Below are positions 33,249-43,078 of a DNA stretch of 64,000 nt, piece by piece (within the stretch, counting starts at the first letter, position 1; each line of letters opens with the position of its first letter). Below the pieces are notes generated by a model that saw nothing but the letters and a program-made list of their open reading frames with translations, was not told where the DNA came from and made no database searches. The stretch comes from an uncultured Candidatus Rokubacteria bacterium (GTDB lineage Bacteria; Methylomirabilota; Methylomirabilia; Rokubacteriales; CSP1-6): NCBI GenBank assembly GCA_963747235.1, contig CAVVEU010000039.1, positions 1 through 64,000 of the forward strand. Reading direction: 5' to 3'. Made by a program: the position numbers and the translations under genes.

Positions 33249-34339
33249 CGCATCGCTTCCTCGACGCGGGCCCGCGCCATGCGGGTGGCGGCCTCGCGCG
33301 GAAGCAGCCGGCCCGCGCGAGCGTGCTCGAGCGTCTCGCGGGTGTTGGCGCGGATGCGCTCCTCGATGGTCGCGAAGGCCTGCGCCTGGGTACCGCCGTG
33401 ATATTCGATCGCGGCGCAGATGACCCCGCCCGCGTTCGCGATGAAATCGGGCACGCTCAGGATGCGGTGGGCGTGCATCCATTCTTCGGCCGCCTCGGTG
33501 GCCGGGATGTTCGCGCCCTGGATGACCAGCCGGGCCTGGAGGCTGCTCAGGTTGTCCGCGGTGAGGGTGTCCGGTCGCGCGGCGGGAATCCAGATCTCGC
33601 ACGGGACGCCGATCAGCGCGTCGCGGCCGATCGCCCGGCCGCCGGAGAAGGCGCTCAGCGGTCGCCCGGCCCGCTTGTGGGCGATCAGCGCGTCGAGGGG
33701 GAGCCCCGCCGGGTCGTGAACGGCCCCCCGGCTGTCGGAGACGGCGACCACCCGGCTCCCGCGCGCGGCCAGGAACCGGGCCGCGTGCTGCCCCACGGCC
33801 CCGAAGCCCTCGATCGCGACGCGCGCCCCGGCCAGGCCGATCCCCGCCTCCGGCGCAGCGACCTCGGCCGCGATCGCGACCCCCCAGCCGGTGGCCCCGA
33901 TCTCGTCGAGGGGGATGCCGCCGAGCACGCGCGGCAGCCCGACGGCCCGGCCGATCTCGTCCTTGATCCACGCCATGCAGCGCTCGTCGGTGCCCATGTC
34001 GGGACCGGGAATGTAGTCGGTGAGCGAGCGGATTGCCCGCGCGAAGGCCCGGGTCAGGCGCTCCTTGTCTGCCGGGGCGCCGGCCGGATCGGCGACGATG
34101 CCGGCCTTGCCTCCGCCGTGAGCCAGACCGGCGGCCGCGTTCTTCAAGGTCATGGCCCGGGCGAGGCGCGAGACCTCCTCGACCGTGACGTCCGGAGCCA
34201 TGCGGACCCCACCGATGGCCGGCCCGCACGCCACGTTGTCGATGACGACCACCGCCTCGAGGCCGACGCGGGGGTCGCGCAGCAGCACGACGGTGCCGGG
34301 TCCCAGCGCATCTCCGCTTCCGCGCGCCACGAGGGGCAT
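33233..34339 (-). CDS. Glu/Leu/Phe/Val dehydrogenase
   Basis: GGVRM, MTLKNA, GGGKAG, PGPDMGT, GFGAVG, PDFIANAGG. Confidence 0.9.
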   Translation of the reverse strand: MPLVARGSGDALGPGTVVLLRDPRVGLEAVVVIDNVACGPAIGGVRMAPDVTVEEVSRLARAMTLKNAAAGLAHGGGKAGIVADPAGAPADKERLTRAFARAIRSLTDYIPGPDMGTDERCMAWIKDEIGRAVGLPRVLGGIPLDEIGATGWGVAIAAEVAAPEAGIGLAGARVAIEGFGAVGQHAARFLAARGSRVVAVSDSRGAVHDPAGLPLDALIAHKRAGRPLSAFSGGRAIGRDALIGVPCEIWIPAARPDTLTADNLSSLQARLVIQGANIPATEAAEEWMHAHRILSVPDFIANAGGVICAAIEYHGGTQAQAFATIEERIRANTRETLEHARAGRLLPREAATRMARARVEEAMRYRKA

Positions 34340-34353
34340 GGTCGGCGTGGCGG

Positions 34354-34893
34354 TCAGAGCGGCTTGACGAGGAATCGGGCCCGACGGTTCCGGGCCCAGC
34401 ACGCCTCGCTGTGCTCGATGCAGACCGGCCGCTCCCGGCCGTACGAGATCGCCACCATCCGATCGGCGGGGATGCCGTGCTCGATTAGGTAGTTCCTCGC
34501 GGCCGCCGCCCGGAGATCGCCGAGGCCGAGGTTGTAGTCGTCGGTACCCCGCTCGTCGGCGTGCCCCTCGATCAGGACCAGGCCGCCGGGATTCGCCCGG
34601 ATCCACACCGCGTTCTCGTCGAGGATCGGCGTATCCTTGGGGCGGATCGTGTAGGCGTCATAGTCGAAATAGATGTCGGCCAGCCGCGGAACCGGCACGA
34701 ATTGCTCGGGCGGTGGCGGCAGGCCCGGCGCGGATGGCGCGTCGGCATCGGGCGGCTCGATGGCGGCCACCGTCGTGGATACCTCGAGGTCGCGCGGGGT
34801 GCCGACACGGTCGGACGGCGCCTTCGCCGCCGTCTGGCACCCGGCCAGGAAGATGAGCACGATCAGCGGAAGCAGTGGACGGAACGTATGCAT
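34354..34893 (-). CDS. pal: Peptidoglycan-associated lipoprotein (Pal/OmpA)
   Basis: LAGC lipobox, IYFDYD, IEGHADERGT..YN, ISYGRERP, NRRA. Confidence 0.88.
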   Translation of the reverse strand: MHTFRPLLPLIVLIFLAGCQTAAKAPSDRVGTPRDLEVSTTVAAIEPPDADAPSAPGLPPPPEQFVPVPRLADIYFDYDAYTIRPKDTPILDENAVWIRANPGGLVLIEGHADERGTDDYNLGLGDLRAAAARNYLIEHGIPADRMVAISYGRERPVCIEHSEACWARNRRARFLVKPL

Positions 34894-34906
34894 GACGATC
34901 GGGAAG

Positions 34907-34923
34907 TGCAAGGGGGGTGCCGG
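34907..34923 (-). promoter_or_regulatory. Sigma-54 -24/-12 box for pal-gdh (divergent from P10)
   Basis: Minus strand CGGCAC-CCCCC-TTGCA, ending 13 nt before the pal ATG. Confidence 0.75.
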
Positions 34924-34995
34924 TCTGAAAAGTCGTACCGGGACGCCACTTGCGTCCGCCCCGGGGCTCCCGCCCGGACGGAATCCCGACGACAG

Positions 34996-35080
34996 TGGGG
35001 CGCCGGTGTCCCGCGTCACGACAGCCGGGGCGGCGATTCTCACCATCTTGCGTCGTTTGGGCGCTGGCACCCGGCTTGCT
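34996..35080 (+). promoter_or_regulatory. Sigma-54 promoter module P10
   Basis: Single clear UAS TGGGGCGCCGGTGTCCCG 34996-35013; TGGCAC-CCGGC-TTGCT 35065-35080. Confidence 0.85.
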
Positions 35081-35093
35081 CTCAGCGCCTGAC

Positions 35094-36833
35094 GTGCTCT
35101 TCAAGGCGCTCGCCTGTGACTACGATGGCACCCTCGCGTCCGAGGATCGGATCCCGCCCGTGGTGCGCGAGGCGCTGGAGCGGGTCCGCACGGTGGGCCT
35201 TCGCCTCATCCTCGTCACCGGGCGAACCTTCTTCGAGCTGACGCGGGTCTGCGATTGCCTGGAGCTGTTCGACGCCGTCGTCGCCGAGAACGGTGCCGTG
35301 CTCTACTACCCCGGCTCGGCCATGATCCGCGACCAGGGCCCACCGGTGCCGGGCCGGCTCCTCGCCGAGCTCGACCGGCGTGGGATCTACTACCAGGTGG
35401 GCCGGGTCATCGTCGGCGCGGGCCGTGCGGACGAAGGGGCGCTGAAGGAGGCGCTGGCCGCCGCGGGTGTGACGCGGGATCTGATCTACAACCGCGCCGC
35501 GCTCATGCTGCTGCCCGCCGGCGTGTCCAAGGGCTCCGGGGTGCAGCAGGCGCTGCGCGTGCTCGGCCTGTCGCCGCACGACGCGCTGGCTCTGGGTGAC
35601 GCGGAGAACGACATCCCGCTCTTCGACGCGTGCGGCTTCAGCGGCTGCCCGGGGGATAGCCTCCCCGCCGTCCGGGAGCGCGTGGACTGGGTCTTCCCCG
35701 GGGCCCACGGCGCCGGCATCGCGGCCGCCATCACCGAGCGGATCCTGGCGGATCGCCTGGCCGTCCCGGACTCTTCCCGGCATCGCCTCTCCATCGGATG
35801 GGTGGCGGCGACGTCCGGGCCGGTCACGATCCCGGCCCGCGGCGTCAACATCCTGATCCACGGCGATCCGCATTCGGGCAAGTCGTGGCTGGCCGGTGCG
35901 CTCGTGGAGCGCTTGGTGGCCGCGCGCTACGCGGTCTGCGTCATCGATCCCGAAGGGGACTATCGGGTACTGGCGCATCTGCCCGGCGTGACGTCGGCGG
36001 AGGTCCACGAGCCCGCCGACGTGGACCGGGCCCTGGACGGGCACCGGCAAGACCCCGCCGCGTCCACGGTCCTGGATCTGTCCACCTTGCCGCACCCGAT
36101 GAAGGTGACCGTCATCGAGCGGGCCCTCTGGAAGATCCGGGAGATCAGGCGGACCAGCGGCCGCCCGCACTGGGTTCTCATCGACGAGGCGCACTATTCC
36201 CTGCACGACGGAGGGGTCGCCACCGACGCGCTGGACCTCGCGGATCGTGGGTTCTGCTTCGTGACGTACCGCCCGAGCTGGCTGCGGGAGCGCGTCATCC
36301 GAGCCGTGGACATCTTCGTCCTGGCGCGCACCACCAGGAGCGAGGAGCTGGCGTTCCTCGGCGCGACGTTGCCGGCGGTGGTGAGCGAAGGGGCGGGCAT
36401 CTCGGAGGCCCTCGCGCGCCTGCCCCGCGGCGAGTTCCTCCTCGTCCAGCGCAATCGCGAGCACCCACCCAGCGCGGTGACTTTCGTGGCGGCGCCGCGG
36501 CAGACCGTACACGTCCGGCATCTGACGAAGTACGTGGACTCGTGCGTCCCGCCCGGCCGGGAGTTCCGCTTTCGCGACCGGGACGGGCGGGTGCGCGCGT
36601 CGGCGGACAGCCTGCACGCGTTTCGCCGGGTGGTCGAGACCGCGCCCGACGACGTGCTGGCCCACCACGCCGAGCACGGCGACTTCTCGCGCTGGGTCCG
36701 CGACGTGTTCGCCGACGCCGAGCTGGCGCGCCAGCTCCGGAAGATCGAGGCGCGCTGGCGCCGTCGCGAGCTGGCGGACCTTCGACGGACCATCGGCGCC
36801 CTCATCACGGTTCGCTACGGCGCGGACGATTAA
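35094..36833 (+). CDS. Cof-type HAD phosphatase fused to a P-loop ATPase and a C-terminal helical domain
   Basis: DYDGT, VTGR, KGSG, GDAEND; GDPHSGKS; IDPEGDY; LIDEAH; HGDFSRWV. Confidence 0.85.
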   Translation: MLFKALACDYDGTLASEDRIPPVVREALERVRTVGLRLILVTGRTFFELTRVCDCLELFDAVVAENGAVLYYPGSAMIRDQGPPVPGRLLAELDRRGIYYQVGRVIVGAGRADEGALKEALAAAGVTRDLIYNRAALMLLPAGVSKGSGVQQALRVLGLSPHDALALGDAENDIPLFDACGFSGCPGDSLPAVRERVDWVFPGAHGAGIAAAITERILADRLAVPDSSRHRLSIGWVAATSGPVTIPARGVNILIHGDPHSGKSWLAGALVERLVAARYAVCVIDPEGDYRVLAHLPGVTSAEVHEPADVDRALDGHRQDPAASTVLDLSTLPHPMKVTVIERALWKIREIRRTSGRPHWVLIDEAHYSLHDGGVATDALDLADRGFCFVTYRPSWLRERVIRAVDIFVLARTTRSEELAFLGATLPAVVSEGAGISEALARLPRGEFLLVQRNREHPPSAVTFVAAPRQTVHVRHLTKYVDSCVPPGREFRFRDRDGRVRASADSLHAFRRVVETAPDDVLAHHAEHGDFSRWVRDVFADAELARQLRKIEARWRRRELADLRRTIGALITVRYGADD

Positions 36834-36834
36834 G

Positions 36835-39354
36835 ATGTTGGCTCCGCCGGTCTGGGCGGTGAGCATCGGGCAAGCCCTGGCCGCGTCCGCCGCCACCGAG
36901 CGCGGGCTGTCGTCGCCGGAGGCCGCCGCGCGCCTGCGGGCCCTGGGGCCGAACGATCTGGCGCCGCCCCGGCGCTTCGAGACCGTCCGTGAGCTGCTGC
37001 ACTACTTCGCCAACCCACTCGTGCTGATCCTGCTCGTGGCGAGCGTGGTCTCGGCCGCGTTCGGCCAGCCGGTCAGCGCGGTGATCATCGCGCTGATGCT
37101 CGTGCTGAGCGTGGCCCTGAACTTCACCCTGGCGTTCCGCTCCCAGCGGGCGGCCGCGCGCCTGCGCGGGCAGGTGGGCCAGACCGCGACGGTGATCCGG
37201 GACGGGGTCGAGCGCGAGGTGGCGGTGCGCGAGGTGGTGGTGGGCGACGTGATCCACCTCAAGGCGGGCGATCTGGTTCCGGCCGACGGCCGGCTCCTCT
37301 TGACGCGGGACCTGTTCGTCAACGAAGCCGCGCTCACCGGCGAGTCGTTGCCCCGCGAGAAGCAGGCGACCGCCGGCGCGCTGGCCGCCGGCGGGCTCGG
37401 AGAGGCGGTGACCGCCGTCTTCCGGGGTACCTCGGTGATCAGCGGGGTGGGGGTGGCGGTCATGGTGGCGACCGGCCCGGCCACCGAGTTCGGGCGGGTG
37501 GCCGCGAGCCTTGTCGCGCGGCCCCCGGAGACCGAGTTCGAGCGGGGCACGCGGCGGTTCGGGTTCCTGATCCTCCAGGTCGTCATCTTCCTGGTGCTGT
37601 TCGTCTTCCTGGTCAACGCCCTGTTGCAGCGCGACCTGCTGGAGACGTTCCTGTTCTCGGTGGCGCTGGCGGTGGGGCTCACGCCCGAGCTGCTCCCCAT
37701 GATCGTATCGGTCACGCTGGCCAGCGGGGCGGTGCGCATGGCGCGGAAGAAGGTCATCGTCAAGCAGCTCGCCGCCATCGAGAACTTCGGCAGCATGGAC
37801 ATCCTGTGCAGCGACAAGACGGGCACGCTCACCCACGGGGAGATCACGGTGGACCGCCACCTGAACATCGAGGGGGAGAACGACGAGGCGGTGATCCGGC
37901 TCGCCGCGCTGAACAGCGTGTACCAGACCGGGCTGCGCAGTCCCATGGACGACGCGATCCTGAAGCACGAGCACCCGGCGGTCGCCCGGCACGAGCGCGT
38001 GGACGAGATCCCCTTCGATTTCGAGCGCCGGCGGGTGTCGGTGATCGTCCGGGACGATGGCCGGCGGCTTCTCATCACCAAGGGGGCGCCGGAGAGCGTG
38101 CTGCCCATCTGCACGGCCCTCGAGGTGGCGGGGGCCGCCGCGCCGCTGGACGCGCCGGCCCGCGCCACCGCCGACGCGCTCTTCCGCCGGCTGAGCGCCG
38201 ACGGCTACCGCGCGCTGGCGGTGGCCTACCGCCCGGTGGCCGAGCAGGCCGCCTATTCCGTGACCGACGAGCGCGAGCTGATCTTCGTCGGCTTCGCCGC
38301 CTTCTTCGACCCGCCGCACGAGGGCGTGGCCGAGACGCTACGCACGCTCCGGGCGGACGGGATCGAGGTGAAGATCATCACGGGCGACAACGAGCTGGTC
38401 ACCCGGAAGATCTGCCGGGAAGTCGGGCTCGACTCGGGCGTGATCGTGCTCGGCGCGGACGTCGAGCGCATGTCGGATCCCGCGCTGGGCGCGGTGGCCG
38501 AGCGGACCACGGTGTTCGCGCGCGTCTCGCCGATCCAGAAGAACCGCATCGTCCGGGCCCTGCACGCCCGCGGCCACGTGGTGGGCTGCCTGGGAGACGG
38601 CATCAACGACGCCCCCGCGCTGCGCTCGGCGGACGTCGGCATCTCCGTCCAGAACGCGGTGGACGTGGCGCGGGACGCGGCCGACATCATCCTGCTCGAG
38701 AAGCGACTCTCGGTGCTCCACGACGGCGTCGTCGAGGGGCGCCGGAGCTTCGGCAACATCATGAAGTACGTCCTGATGGGCACCAGCTCCAACTTCGGCA
38801 ACATGCTGAGCATGGCGGCGGCCTCGCTCTTCCTGCCCTTCCTGCCGATGCTGCCGCTGCAGATCCTGCTCAACAACTTCCTGTACGATCTCGCCCAGGT
38901 GCCGATCCCGTCCGATCGGGTGGACGGCGCCTACATGCGCAAGCCCAAGCGGTGGAACATCGCCTTCATCCGCCGGTACATGCTGCTGACCGGGCCGCTG
39001 TCGTCGGTGTTCGACTTCGCCACGTTCGCGGTGATGCTCTGGGTGTTCGAGGCGGGCCCGGCGCTCTTCCGGACGGGATGGTTCGTGGAGTCGCTGGCCA
39101 CGCAGACCCTCGTGATCTTCGTCATCCGGACGGCCGGGCCGCCCTGGCGCAGCCGCCCCAGCCGCGGGCTGGCCTGGGGCGTGAGCGCCTGCGCGGCCGC
39201 GGGGGCGCTCTTGCCGTTCACGCCGCTGGCGCCCTGGCTCGGCTTCACGCCGCTGCCGCCGCTCTTCTTCGCTTTCCTGCTCGCCATGGTGGTCGCATAT
39301 CTGGGCCTGATGGAGGTGGTGAAGCGCTGGTTCTACCGGCGCTACCCGATGTGA
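36835..39354 (+). CDS. mgtA: Mg2+-translocating P-type ATPase
   Basis: AVGLTPELLP, DKTGT, EIPFDFERRR, GTSSNFGN, FRTGWFVESL. Confidence 0.93.
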   Translation: MLAPPVWAVSIGQALAASAATERGLSSPEAAARLRALGPNDLAPPRRFETVRELLHYFANPLVLILLVASVVSAAFGQPVSAVIIALMLVLSVALNFTLAFRSQRAAARLRGQVGQTATVIRDGVEREVAVREVVVGDVIHLKAGDLVPADGRLLLTRDLFVNEAALTGESLPREKQATAGALAAGGLGEAVTAVFRGTSVISGVGVAVMVATGPATEFGRVAASLVARPPETEFERGTRRFGFLILQVVIFLVLFVFLVNALLQRDLLETFLFSVALAVGLTPELLPMIVSVTLASGAVRMARKKVIVKQLAAIENFGSMDILCSDKTGTLTHGEITVDRHLNIEGENDEAVIRLAALNSVYQTGLRSPMDDAILKHEHPAVARHERVDEIPFDFERRRVSVIVRDDGRRLLITKGAPESVLPICTALEVAGAAAPLDAPARATADALFRRLSADGYRALAVAYRPVAEQAAYSVTDERELIFVGFAAFFDPPHEGVAETLRTLRADGIEVKIITGDNELVTRKICREVGLDSGVIVLGADVERMSDPALGAVAERTTVFARVSPIQKNRIVRALHARGHVVGCLGDGINDAPALRSADVGISVQNAVDVARDAADIILLEKRLSVLHDGVVEGRRSFGNIMKYVLMGTSSNFGNMLSMAAASLFLPFLPMLPLQILLNNFLYDLAQVPIPSDRVDGAYMRKPKRWNIAFIRRYMLLTGPLSSVFDFATFAVMLWVFEAGPALFRTGWFVESLATQTLVIFVIRTAGPPWRSRPSRGLAWGVSACAAAGALLPFTPLAPWLGFTPLPPLFFAFLLAMVVAYLGLMEVVKRWFYRRYPM

Positions 39355-39430
39355 TGCGTGACCCAGGTCACGGACGGAGGGGCCGGCAGGCGCTACAGTG
39401 GACGCACTCGATCCAACCCGGGAGGACACC

Positions 39431-40087
39431 ATGTTCAAAGCCGCCACGATCGCGTTGAGCCTCGGCCTCGGAGCGTTGCTGCTCACGCCGCCGCTCCTCG
39501 CCCAGAGCCCGCCCGCCCCCCACCCGCAGGGGCATCAGCCGGGGCAGCAGCCGGGCCACCAGATGGGCCATCAGCCGGGCCACCACATGCACGGGCATCA
39601 GACGACGGCGTCGGCGGACGGAGCGCCGACGCTGCCCGGCCAGGATGCCTTCGGGGCCATCGCCGAGGTCGTGCGCCTGCTGGAGGCGGACGCCGAGACG
39701 GACTGGAGCCGGGTCGATCTCGAGCGGCTGCGCCAGCACCTCATCGACATGAACGAGGTCGTCCTGCGCTCCGAGGTCAAGGCGAGCCAGGTTCCGGGCG
39801 GCCTGGCCATGGACATCACCGGTTCGCCGAGGACGGCGCGGGCCATCCGCGCGATGGTCGCGCCGCACGCGGTCGAGCTGGACCGCATGTCGGAGTGGTC
39901 GGCCACGACCGCGCCGATTCCGAACGGCCTCCGCCTCACGGTGACGGCGCGCGCGCCCGAGGACGCCAAGACGGTCGCGCGGATCCGCGGCCTGGGCTTC
40001 ATCGGGCTGCTGGTGCAGGGTGGCCATCACGGTCCTCACCATCTCGCCATGGCCAAGGGGGAGGCGCTGCCCGGCCACCGCCACTGA
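39431..40087 (+). CDS. Secreted His-rich hypothetical protein
   Basis: Signal peptide, HQPG repeats, PGQDAFGAI, LRQHLIDM, GHHGPHHL; GGAGG RBS. Confidence 0.75.
   Translation: MFKAATIALSLGLGALLLTPPLLAQSPPAPHPQGHQPGQQPGHQMGHQPGHHMHGHQTTASADGAPTLPGQDAFGAIAEVVRLLEADAETDWSRVDLERLRQHLIDMNEVVLRSEVKASQVPGGLAMDITGSPRTARAIRAMVAPHAVELDRMSEWSATTAPIPNGLRLTVTARAPEDAKTVARIRGLGFIGLLVQGGHHGPHHLAMAKGEALPGHRH
39534..39601 (+). repeat. Imperfect 12-nt repeat encoding (H/Q)Q(P/M)G x4 followed by HHMHGH
   Basis: catcagccgggg cagcagccgggc caccagatgggc catcagccgggc. Confidence 0.7.
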
Positions 40088-40111
40088 CGGCGACCGCGGT
40101 AGAATGCCCGC

Positions 40112-41413
40112 GTGCCAAACGACCGATACGGCCTTGCCGTAACCACGGCGGCTCCGACGGCGCTCGAGGCGTACGATGCCGGCGTCGAGGCCGCGCTCGG
40201 CTGGAAGGCGAACGCCCTCGATCTGTTCCGCGAGGCGACGCAGGTGGATCCGTCGCTGGCGGTGGCGCACGCCGGCGCGGCGGCCTGTCTGTTCCTGGAA
40301 GAGCGGTTCGGAGAAGCCCGTGCGGCCGGCGAGGTAGCCCAGGCCGCGGCGACGCCGGGCGTGAGCGCTCGCGAGCGTGGCTACGTCAACGCGGTTACCC
40401 TGTGGACGGCCGGCAAGGTGCCCGAGGCGGAAGCCGCGATGCGCGAGCATCTCGCGCAGTATCCGCGCGACCTCGCCATCATCCAGCGGCTCTACTTCGT
40501 CTTCTTCTGGCAGGGGAAGTTTCCCGCCATGCTCGAGACGACCAGCGAGCTCGTTCGCCATCATCCCGAGAGCTCCTACATGCTGGGCATGCACGCCTTC
40601 GCGCTGGAGGAGGCGGGACGCTGCCCGGAGGCCATCCGGCTCGCGGACGACGCCATCACGAGGAACCCGGAGGACGCGTGGTCGATCCACGCCCTCGCCC
40701 ACGCGCTCTACGAGTCGGCCGCGTTCGACACGGGGGCGACCCGGCTGCCGGCGGCGATCGAGCCGTGCCGCGGCCTCAACTGGTTCCAGAACCACCTCTG
40801 GTGGCACCTGGTGCTCATGCACCTGTCACGCGGCGAGTACGCCCGGGTGTCCGACCTGTCGCGCCGGCTCTTCGAGCAGGCGCCGTCCTCGATCGCCGGC
40901 GACCTGCACGACTCGATCTCGCTCCTGTGGCGGCTCGAGCTGACCGGGCACCCGCCGGGCGACCGCTGGCAGCCGTTCACTGCCATCGCGCGTGACCGCA
41001 TCGGGCGGACGGGCCTCCTGTTCCACGTCGCGCACGTGGCGATGGCGCTGGCGGGTGGCGGCGACTGGGCCGGCGTCGACAAGCAGCTCGCCCTCCTGCG
41101 CGAGCGGGCGCCGAAGGACCCGACGGGGCTGATGGGCGAGGTGACCCTGCCGCTGGTGGAAGGGCTCCACGCGTTCGCGGCGCGGGACTGGCCGCGCGTG
41201 ATCGCGAAGATCGAGCCGCTCCGGCCGCGGATCGTCGAGCTCGGCGGCAGCCGCGCCCAGCGCGATGTCTTCCACGACACGCTGATCGAGGCGTGCTTCC
41301 GCGGCGGCGACATGGATCGCGCCGAGCGGCTGCTCGCCGAGCGCCTCCAGCGGCGCCCCGACCACTTCTGGCTCCACCGGCTTCAGGCCGGCGCGGCGCC
41401 TTCGCCGAGCTGA
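40112..41413 (+). CDS. TTC38-like TPR protein
   Basis: DRYGL.VTT, MHAFALEE, DAWSIHALAH, HLWWH, SLLWRL, LGGSRAQRD. Confidence 0.85.
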   Translation: MPNDRYGLAVTTAAPTALEAYDAGVEAALGWKANALDLFREATQVDPSLAVAHAGAAACLFLEERFGEARAAGEVAQAAATPGVSARERGYVNAVTLWTAGKVPEAEAAMREHLAQYPRDLAIIQRLYFVFFWQGKFPAMLETTSELVRHHPESSYMLGMHAFALEEAGRCPEAIRLADDAITRNPEDAWSIHALAHALYESAAFDTGATRLPAAIEPCRGLNWFQNHLWWHLVLMHLSRGEYARVSDLSRRLFEQAPSSIAGDLHDSISLLWRLELTGHPPGDRWQPFTAIARDRIGRTGLLFHVAHVAMALAGGGDWAGVDKQLALLRERAPKDPTGLMGEVTLPLVEGLHAFAARDWPRVIAKIEPLRPRIVELGGSRAQRDVFHDTLIEACFRGGDMDRAERLLAERLQRRPDHFWLHRLQAGAAPSPS

Positions 41414-41461
41414 GGGGCGCGAAGCCCACCCGAGTACTGCCGGCCCGCCCGGCCACGCCAC

Positions 41462-41546
41462 TGGGGCGCGACGGCCCCACCCACCTTCCCGGGGGCCGCG
41501 ATAAGTGGTTGATTTTGGCTGTGCTTCGGCTGGCACTCCCGTTGCA
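41462..41546 (+). promoter_or_regulatory. Sigma-54 promoter module P11
   Basis: UAS TGGGGCGCGACGGCCCCA 41462-41479; exact IHF consensus (minus strand AATCAACCACTTA) 41502-41514; TGGCAC-TCCCG-TTGCA 41531-41546. Confidence 0.92.
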
Positions 41547-41595
41547 GTTCCTCCTCGCTGATTGCCGTCACTTCACGACCGAAGAGGAGGACGCC

Positions 41596-41805
41596 ATGAC
41601 ACTCGAACGCTGGATCCGTCTCATCGCGGGTAGCTTCGTCACGATCAGCGTCGTCCTGAGCTACTTGCACAGCCCGTACTGGCTCTTCTTCACGCTGTTC
41701 GTCGGGCTCAATCTGTTCCAGTCCGCGCTGACTCGCTGGTGCTTGATGGAAGAGTTCCTCAAGAAGCTCGGGGCCCGCAGCGAGGCCGCCGGCAGCCGGG
41801 CATGA
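41596..41805 (+). CDS. DUF2892/YgaP-like membrane protein
   Basis: ERWIRLIAG..FVGLNLFQS..WCLM. Confidence 0.88.
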   Translation: MTLERWIRLIAGSFVTISVVLSYLHSPYWLFFTLFVGLNLFQSALTRWCLMEEFLKKLGARSEAAGSRA

Positions 41806-41872
41806 CCACCTGCGGCGGCTGGCGCGGGAGAAGGGCTCCGCGGCTGCTGGCCACACGGGCGGAGGTCGTGGC

Positions 41873-43078
41873 GTGAGCGCGCGGTCGGCGCGCCCGATGC
41901 TCGGCCTGGCCGGCCTGCTCCTGCTCGTCGGATGCGGGAGCGAGCGTGCCGCGGAGGTGCCGGGAGAGCGGCCCGCGCCGGTGAGCGGCGTCCGGGTGGA
42001 GGCGGTGAGGCCGGCCGCCATCCGGGACGCCGTGGAGGTTGCGGGCACCGTCCGGACCAGGACCCGGATGGTTATCGCCAGCAAGGTGCAGGGCTACGTC
42101 CGGGAGGTGCGGGCGCGCCAGGGCGATCACGTCGAGCACGGCCGGGTCCTGGTGACGGTGGACGAGCGCGAGCTCGCCGCGCGCGCCGACCGCGCGCGGG
42201 CCGCCCTCGCGGAAGCCGAGATGAGCCTCGATGAAGTGAGGCGGACACTGGAAGAGGCCGAGGCCTCGCTCCGCTCCGCCGCGGCGGAGCGCGCCTACGC
42301 CGAGGCGACGGCGAGCCGATACCGCCAGCTGTGGGAGCGCGAGCTGGTCAGCGCGCAGGACTACGAGGCCGTCGAGGCCAGGCGCAAGAGCACGGCCGCG
42401 GCCGTCGAGCAGGCCGAGGCGCGGATCCACTCGGTTCGCGCGCGCGAGAAGCAGATGAGCTATCGGATCGACGCGGCCGCGGCCGAGCTTCGGGCGGCCG
42501 AGATCGCGCTGGGCGAGACGCGTATCACGGCGCCCGCCACCGGCGTGGTGGTGGATCGTCGCGTAGAGCCGGGGGACCTGGCGATGCCCGGGCAGCCACT
42601 GCTCGTCCTCGACGACCCGCGGGCGTACCGGCTCGAAGCCGAGGTCGGTGAATCGGCCGTGGGCAGCGTGCGGTTGGGCCAGAGGGTCCCGGTCGTGCTC
42701 GATTCGCTCGATCGCACTCTCGAAGGCCGTGTGGTCGAGATCATCCCGACCGCCGATCCGTCCAGCCGGACGGTGACGGTCAAGCTGGACCTCCCGGTCG
42801 CCCCGGGATTGCGCTCGGGTCTGTTCGGCCGCGCTCGGTTCCCGGCCGGGGAGCGCCAGGTGCTCGTGGTGCCGATCTCGGCTCTGATCGAGCGGGGACA
42901 GCTCAGTGCCGTGTACGTGGTGGATGATCAGGGTATCGCCCGGCTCCGGCTGGTCACCGCAGGCGTGCGCCACGCCGACCGCGTCGAGATCCTTTCGGGG
43001 CTCGATGCCCACGAGCGCGTCGTGGTGGAGGGTGCCTCGCGGGTGAGCGACGGTTCGCGGGTGGCAGCCGGGCCGTGA
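41873..43078 (+). CDS. RND efflux periplasmic adaptor
   Basis: LVGC lipobox, [33 protein letters not shown]. Confidence 0.92.
   Translation: MSARSARPMLGLAGLLLLVGCGSERAAEVPGERPAPVSGVRVEAVRPAAIRDAVEVAGTVRTRTRMVIASKVQGYVREVRARQGDHVEHGRVLVTVDERELAARADRARAALAEAEMSLDEVRRTLEEAEASLRSAAAERAYAEATASRYRQLWERELVSAQDYEAVEARRKSTAAAVEQAEARIHSVRAREKQMSYRIDAAAAELRAAEIALGETRITAPATGVVVDRRVEPGDLAMPGQPLLVLDDPRAYRLEAEVGESAVGSVRLGQRVPVVLDSLDRTLEGRVVEIIPTADPSSRTVTVKLDLPVAPGLRSGLFGRARFPAGERQVLVVPISALIERGQLSAVYVVDDQGIARLRLVTAGVRHADRVEILSGLDAHERVVVEGASRVSDGSRVAAGP

Noticed and set aside
30816-34229. Very long antisense or alternate-frame ORFs (1137 aa here; also 58364-62254 and 7381-9447)
   Set aside because: Shadow ORFs from high GC opposite well-supported genes; Arg/Gly/Pro-rich with no motifs.
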